This document shows, in pieces, positions 6,515 to 11,394 of a stretch of DNA of 11,394 bases (position 1 is its first letter; each line of letters opens with the position of its first letter). The translations under genes and the position numbers were made by a program. Location of the stretch: contig NZ_SNUY01000063.1 of assembly GCF_004376175.1 (NCBI RefSeq), positions 1 to 11,394 of the forward strand, written 5' to 3'. The notes beneath the pieces are model-generated. The model was not told the DNA's origin. It made no database searches and was given only the letters and a program-made list of their open reading frames with translations. Source of the stretch: Halalkalibacterium halodurans. GTDB taxonomy: Bacteria > Bacillota > Bacilli > Bacillales > Bacillaceae_D.

Positions 6515-7820
6515 CAGTCACTTCCTCCTTTGCTGTCAAATCAATCTTTTCCCACCGCCCGTCGTATTTTACAAACCAGAAAGGCTCGGCAATCACATAG
6601 GACGGTTTCACCATCTCGTAGCCGATTACCATTTTCTCAAGGGATCTAGGATTGAAATCTTCTCGCTCTTTTAAGGCGTCTAGCACTTCTTCGCCAGAAG
6701 GAAGCTCCTTTTTCCCTCCATCAATCGGCTGATTGTCAATGTCAAATAAAGGCCGGCGATATTCAGTCGGTTGATTCCCTGAGCCCCGTCGGACTAAATC
6801 TAGCTTCATTAAATCTTCGCCTTGAAAGCTCATCACCGGAAAGCCGTTCACCCGCAAACGATACGATACGAGATCCCGCGTTCCGAACGATTGCCAGTCG
6901 TCAAGGATGTACTGATCGGTCCATCCCCCGTGACTGTTAATAAAATCAAAGCTCGCCTGAATGATGTGCCTACCGCTTCGTTCCGTCGTTTCCGAGAAGA
7001 CGGGGTTCGTGTATTCCATAAAGTTGCCGCCGCCTTGTTCGGAAATGATGCGGTTCCCATCCGTGTAAGAATCGTCCTTCCCGTTTGATTGATGATACAT
7101 GCTGACCGCACTCGGATCGGTAAACAACGCTTGCGAAAACTGCATCGATGACAGCATCGTCGCCGTATACGAGAGTGTCGGCAAATGAGTGTGATCCACT
7201 GGGACGTATTGATTTTGCTGGTGCATTCCCATGACGACAGAAGTGGCCGCCATATAGTCATCCGTATCTTCCATGAGCGCTTCAAGATCCGAAGGGCTCA
7301 TATCCGTTTTGATCGTCACCACTTGTTCATCAAAAAGAGAAAGAAGCTGAGCCACGACCCCTTCATCAGGCTCCACGTAAAAGTAGATGCGATTGATCGA
7401 CGTGAGTGGCAGTAGAAAATCCTCGTCCTCCACATCAAACAAATGGACAAACAATTCGCTCGGAATCGAGGTAGGGTAAATGAGTTGAATGCCTGTCGGA
7501 GCACTGGCAAACGGGTGTTGTACTCTCATGTCATCGTCGATGAAGGTCGTCTCGCTCATTGTTGCTAAAAAGTCTTTATGTTGCTCAAGGTCCGGACGAA
7601 CGATGTAATACTCTTCATCTCCCCCATGGACGATCATCGATTCGGGAACGATCACTTCATTCATGGAGCGCTCTTCTTCAAGACGGATCAATTCCTCATA
7701 GTTGTTTTCATTATCTAAGACCGCGTAGTCCAGTTGAAACGTCCACAGTTGCCAAGTGAGGACCCAGCTCATAATCACAAGTCCAGTGAGGAGGACGGTT
7801 TTGATGTTTTCATAGTTCAC
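6501..7820 (-). CDS. yycH: WalK-regulatory membrane-anchored protein YycH
   Basis: The GTG start overlaps the walK stop (GTGA at 7820-7817). The N-terminal anchor is IKTVLLTGLVIMSWVLTWQLWTFQ, followed by a large extracytoplasmic domain. It is 439 aa long and sits between walK and yycI. Confidence 0.88.
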   Translation of the reverse strand: MNYENIKTVLLTGLVIMSWVLTWQLWTFQLDYAVLDNENNYEELIRLEEERSMNEVIVPESMIVHGGDEEYYIVRPDLEQHKDFLATMSETTFIDDDMRVQHPFASAPTGIQLIYPTSIPSELFVHLFDVEDEDFLLPLTSINRIYFYVEPDEGVVAQLLSLFDEQVVTIKTDMSPSDLEALMEDTDDYMAATSVVMGMHQQNQYVPVDHTHLPTLSYTATMLSSMQFSQALFTDPSAVSMYHQSNGKDDSYTDGNRIISEQGGGNFMEYTNPVFSETTERSGRHIIQASFDFINSHGGWTDQYILDDWQSFGTRDLVSYRLRVNGFPVMSFQGEDLMKLDLVRRGSGNQPTEYRRPLFDIDNQPIDGGKKELPSGEEVLDALKEREDFNPRSLEKMVIGYEMVKPSYVIAEPFWFVKYDGRWEKIDLTAKEEVTDGLE

Positions 7821-9640
7821 GCTTCTTCCCCCTTGAACGTGGAATAAGGCAACGTAAAGTAGATCGTCGTTCCAACCTTGTACTTGCTCTCAACCCAAAT
7901 TTCCCCTCCGTGGGCATGAACAAGCTCTTTTGCAATCGCAAGCCCTAGCCCTGTGCCACCAACGCTCCGGGCCCGCGCCTTGTCTACGCGATAAAACCGG
8001 TCAAAGATTTTCGTTTGGCTTTCTTTCGGAATCCCCATTCCTTGATCGGAAATGCTGACGCGTACATTGTGGCCTTGATGCAGCAAGGTGATCGCCACGT
8101 CGCCTCCTTCTGGGGAATATTTCATCGCGTTCGACAAAATGTTGTCGATGACTTGTGTGAGCTTGTCCTGATCGATTTCCACAAAGGTGGCGTGCTTCGT
8201 AATTTTGCGAATGAAATGAATGTCTTTCTCCTTGGCGATGATTTCATGACGATCAATCATGTCATGCAAATACGGTCCAAGGTCCACCCATGAGAGGTTC
8301 AGCTTGTAATCATGGGTATCAATTTTTGAAAGCTGCAATAAATCATTGACGAGACGAATCATGCGCTCTGTCTCATTTTGCGTTACATGTAGGAAGCGGG
8401 GCGCTAGGTTTGGATCGTTCATCGCGCCATCATCTAACGCTTCTAAATAGCTTTTCATCGTCGTCAGCGGTGTTCGCAGCTCATGAGACACATTGGCGAC
8501 AAACTCTCGTCGCTCTTGCTCGATTTTTTCCCGTTCTGTTACATCATGAAGCACCGTAATTAAGCCATTTACAGGTCCTTCATCCTCTTGAATAACGGAG
8601 AAGCTCGCTTGGATTAAATAATCTTCCTCGGTGCTAAAATCAAGCAGGACGCTATCGTTGTAATCATATAATTCATCGACTGCAAACGTTTCACTAATGT
8701 TTAACAGTTCAGGCAAAAGGGTTCCCTGTACCTCTTCATAGCTCACGCCGAGCATTTCCTCGGCCCGCTTGTTCATTAAAATAATTTTCCCATACTTATC
8801 GGACGCAATTACTCCATCTGTCATATGTGTCAGGACAGATCGGAGCTTCTTCTGTTCCTGGTCCCTTGTAGAAAGGGCGTCCTTCAGCTTCATCGTCAAG
8901 TCGTTAAACGACATAGCGAGCTGACCGATTTCATCGGTGCTGTGGACGTTTACCTTTCGAGAGAAGTCCCCATACCCCATGCGCAACGCCTGCTTACGCA
9001 TGTCTAAAATCGGACCAGTAATCGTCCGTGAAAGGAGGATCATTAATAGGGCGGTAATGCTGGCGGCAATGAGCGTCCCACTCGCTAAAATACTATTAAT
9101 ATCCTGCATCTGGTCATAAATGTCCTCAATAGAAGCTTCGATGTAAAGGGCACCGACAATCGCTTCTTCATCACGAATCGGTACAGCCAAGACGCGAATG
9201 CGATTTCCGGTTTGCGGATCGCGGTAGATCGAGCCAGGGCCGTCACGATTGCCGATTAACGCCCGTCGTACCGGGATTTCAGAGCTCAGCTGCCCGATAA
9301 TGTTTTGATTTGATAAATTGGACGTACCGATGACGACACGATTGGCGTCGATCACCTGCACCTCTGAGTTTTCAATGGAAAAGAGATCCCGCAGCAAGCT
9401 GTTCACTTCCGCTGTCAATTCTGCACGGTCCTCCCATTGCGCTGTTAACGGTTCGACTAAGCTATAGGCTAAAAGGTCCGCTCGCTCATCAAGCATGTTA
9501 AAATGGTTTTCTACGAGCTGATCCTCTAGCTGACGCGTAAAATACACGCCCATGATTTGCATGGCAATTAAAATGAGCAGCACGTAGATGATGATGAGCT
9601 TAAATTGAATCGATTTAAAAAAGCCGACCTTTCGCTCCAT
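7817..9640 (-). CDS. walK: Essential cell-wall-homeostasis sensor histidine kinase WalK (YycG)
   Basis: It has two TM segments flanking an extracytoplasmic domain. It also has HAMP (ITGPILDMRKQALRMGYGDFSRKV...IGQLAMSFNDLTMKL) and PAS (MTDGVIASDKYGKIILMNKRAEEMLG) regions. The kinase boxes are H-box VSHELRTPLT, N-box DNILSNAMKYSP, G1 DQGMGI and G2 GGTGLGLAI. It is 607 aa long, and its ATG overlaps the walR stop (TAATG). Confidence 0.97.
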   Translation of the reverse strand: MERKVGFFKSIQFKLIIIYVLLILIAMQIMGVYFTRQLEDQLVENHFNMLDERADLLAYSLVEPLTAQWEDRAELTAEVNSLLRDLFSIENSEVQVIDANRVVIGTSNLSNQNIIGQLSSEIPVRRALIGNRDGPGSIYRDPQTGNRIRVLAVPIRDEEAIVGALYIEASIEDIYDQMQDINSILASGTLIAASITALLMILLSRTITGPILDMRKQALRMGYGDFSRKVNVHSTDEIGQLAMSFNDLTMKLKDALSTRDQEQKKLRSVLTHMTDGVIASDKYGKIILMNKRAEEMLGVSYEEVQGTLLPELLNISETFAVDELYDYNDSVLLDFSTEEDYLIQASFSVIQEDEGPVNGLITVLHDVTEREKIEQERREFVANVSHELRTPLTTMKSYLEALDDGAMNDPNLAPRFLHVTQNETERMIRLVNDLLQLSKIDTHDYKLNLSWVDLGPYLHDMIDRHEIIAKEKDIHFIRKITKHATFVEIDQDKLTQVIDNILSNAMKYSPEGGDVAITLLHQGHNVRVSISDQGMGIPKESQTKIFDRFYRVDKARARSVGGTGLGLAIAKELVHAHGGEIWVESKYKVGTTIYFTLPYSTFKGEEA

Positions 9641-10350
9641 TAAGCATTCTCCTGCTCAGGGTGACGCAAATAGTACCCGACTCCACGGCGTGTAATAATC
9701 CACGTTGGATAGCTAGGATTGTCCTCTACTTTCTCTCTGAGGCGACGAACGGTGACATCGACTGTGCGGACATCTCCGAAGTAATCATAGCCCCATACAG
9801 CCTGCAGCAGGTGCTCACGGGTCATCACTTGGCCTAGATGCTTGGCTAAGTAATGTATAAGCTCAAATTCCCGATGAGTGAGTTCGATGGATTCTCCGCG
9901 TTTTTTCACGAGATAGGCCTCTGGGTGGATCGATAAATCTCCGACTGAGATTTCCTTATACGAGAGTTGATCGTCGCCAGATGTTTGGTGACGACGCAAA
10001 TTCGCCTTCACTCTCGCTAATAGCTCTCGGGTACTAAATGGCTTTGTCACGTAGTCATCGGCCCCTAATTCAAGGCCTAACACTTTATCGATTTCCGAGT
10101 CTTTTGCGGTCAGCATGATGATCGGCATCTCAAATTGCTTACGAACCTCTCGGCACACTTCCATACCGTCTTTATTCGGTAGCATGATATCTAGCAAAAT
10201 TAAATCCGGCTTTTCCTGATTCACCTGTTCCACAGCTTCAGCTCCATCATAGGCACATATGACGGTAAACCCTTCTTTTTCTAAATTGAATTTCAGTATA
10301 TCTGCAATTGGCTTTTCGTCGTCAACAACTAGAATTTTTTTATTTTCCAT
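9640..10350 (-). CDS. walR: OmpR-family response regulator WalR (YycF)
   Basis: The receiver domain ([15 protein letters not shown]...[24 protein letters not shown]...[45 protein letters not shown]) closely resembles my recollection of B. subtilis WalR. A winged-helix output domain is present ([23 protein letters not shown]...[15 protein letters not shown]). SD GGAG lies upstream. Confidence 0.97.
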   Translation of the reverse strand: MENKKILVVDDEKPIADILKFNLEKEGFTVICAYDGAEAVEQVNQEKPDLILLDIMLPNKDGMEVCREVRKQFEMPIIMLTAKDSEIDKVLGLELGADDYVTKPFSTRELLARVKANLRRHQTSGDDQLSYKEISVGDLSIHPEAYLVKKRGESIELTHREFELIHYLAKHLGQVMTREHLLQAVWGYDYFGDVRTVDVTVRRLREKVEDNPSYPTWIITRRGVGYYLRHPEQENA

Positions 10351-10389
10351 TGTTCATCCGCTCCGTTTCCACAAGCTCTCTATTTTAGT

Positions 10390-10398
10390 ATTGTAACA
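10390..10398 (-). promoter_or_regulatory. Candidate extended -10 promoter element for walRK (TGTTACAAT on the minus strand)
   Basis: The minus strand reads TG-T-TACAAT (complement of 10398-10390), about 40 nt upstream of the walR ATG. No good -35 hexamer sits at 16-18 nt, which is tolerated by TG-extended promoters. The call rests on motif only. Confidence 0.3.
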
Positions 10399-10694
10399 TA
10401 TGCTCCCTTAAATCGCGGCAAGAACCCCTGCCACTTTTTGTCTAACCTCTAAACTATAGTCATTCGCGATCGGTCAGCCGAACCCCTTTGGTAAAGCGAG
10501 GGGCGTTGTAGAAAATGTTGTTGCTCCCCGCGTGTAAAAAGCCCCTTTTCTGAGTAAAGGAGCGGTGTCTGTCGAAGTTAAATCTATCTTAAGAATAATG
10601 GAAAACGCACGGTACGTCCAATGAGAAGAGCCAATTCATCATGATGGAGGGTTCTTAGTCAAATGTTGGGGTGGCATAGGAGGGCGAGCCCCTC

Positions 10695-11394
10695 TTATCC
10701 TACCCCGAATGTTTGATGTTTGAATGGATGATGCATGAGAATACGGCTTCGCAAGCGATCATAACGCCGAAAACCAAAGGCATTTCTCTTAATCACCTTC
10801 GTTTGATTATTCAGTCCTTCAATAAAACCATTGTTTAAGCCAAACGCGAAGCTATTCAAGATCTCGGTCTGTTGACCCTTCTCTTGAAGATATCGTTTAA
10901 GCGTATCGGCTTTACGATCCGGTAAGATATCCAGTGGCTTCCGTGTATCTGCATCCGCAATGATCACTTGATATTTCCCCGCTTTCGTATCCCCTTTGTA
11001 ATCATCAATCGCAATCCGAGGAGGAAGGTGATCCACCTTCTTCACGAGGGGGGCCGCCAATTGATCAAACCGGCGCATGGCAGTTGTCACGGACGTTTGG
11101 AATTGATTCGCTGTGTCCGTAAAGTTCTTCCCTTGAATGAGCCGTAAGCGAAACGCTTGATTCCATTCCACTGTCTGACGCTGATATCGCTCTACAAAAC
11201 AGGCTTTCTCCGCAAACCGCTTCCCGCATCTGCACGCGTACCGGCGCTTTCGATAGAATAGATACACCCACCGTTCAAAGAGCTTGAGATGTTGAACTTT
11301 TTGGATGCGGTAATCATGGATTCTCTCGGTTCTCTCCCCGCAGGATGGGCAACGATGAGGCGTTCGCGGCATTTCTACATGGAGCGCGATAAAG
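10695..11394 (-). pseudogene. ISL3-family transposase remnant with an in-frame internal deletion; 5' end runs off the window
   Basis: An N-terminal zinc-finger pair is present (CPSCG...CRCG). IAIDDYKGD matches the ISL3 region around the first catalytic Asp. YLQEKGQQ then joins directly to the ISL3 C-terminal signature TEILNSF...NGFIEGLNNQTKVIKRNAFGFRRYDRLRSRIL. About 200 aa, including the second Asp and the Glu, are therefore missing (full length is usually about 400-440 aa). The frame is open from 11373 to the edge (..FIALHVE-MPRT), so the true start is probably outside the window. Confidence 0.85.

Noticed and set aside
5406-9119. Eleven short ORFs antisense to or out of frame within yycJ, yycI, yycH and walK (5406-5690, 6139-6375, 6420-6674, 6822-7088, 6848-7285, 7185-7415, 7316-7510, 7559-7759, 8015-8293, 8825-9007, 8937-9119)
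   Set aside because: All are nested in long ORFs with unmistakable family motifs. None has a ribosome-binding site or a recognisable domain.
10411-10655. Pair of GGTTCTT motifs in inverted orientation (AAGAACC at 10411-10417, GGTTCTT at 10649-10655), considered as a MITE
   Set aside because: The orientation is inside-out for a transposable element: the ends face away from each other. Similarity does not extend beyond 7 nt. The left copy is probably a chance match.
11065-11271. 68-aa out-of-frame ORF on the same (minus) strand inside the ISL3 remnant
   Set aside because: It is an alternative frame of the transposase coding region. Only the transposase frame carries family motifs.
1-11394. 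Scan for CRISPR arrays, tandem repeats, rRNA or tRNA genes
   Set aside because: By eye I saw no regularly spaced direct repeats, no cloverleaf-compatible segments and no rRNA-like conserved blocks. A tRNAscan, Rfam or repeat-finder run would be needed to exclude small ncRNAs.

Overview
Chromosomal window from a Bacillales (Bacillaceae-type) genome; this call rests on gene content and synteny only, since no database search was possible. The core is a complete cell-wall homeostasis cluster on the minus strand (3449-10350): walR-walK-yycH-yycI-walJ(yycJ)-htrC(yyxA). Its motifs are textbook and its gene junctions overlap or sit very close (TAATG, GTGA, a 14-nt overlap, a 14-nt gap). Both flanks are accessory or decayed DNA. 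(1) The left flank (about 1-3400) is visibly lower in GC: spot counts of 60-nt lines give about 27-43 percent, against about 47-58 percent in the core. It holds the C-terminal half of a Rap-type TPR protein, followed by an unannotated phr-like 46-codon ORF that overlaps its stop codon. This rap remnant abuts head-to-head a plus-strand three-gene cassette (930-3368). The cassette is a 447-aa ORF with a ragged 5' end plus two small signal-anchored proteins. The C-terminal 43 aa of the large ORF are paralogous to the ectodomain of the first small protein. The cassette ends at a bidirectional terminator shared with htrC. I consider it the best candidate for an undescribed system, possibly an orphan polymorphic-toxin/immunity-like or envelope-associated module, but its function cannot be established from sequence alone. 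(2) The right flank (10695-11394) is an ISL3-family transposase with an in-frame internal deletion that removes most of the DDE core. It runs off the window edge and sits directly upstream of the essential walRK operon. I found no rRNA, tRNA or CRISPR array.
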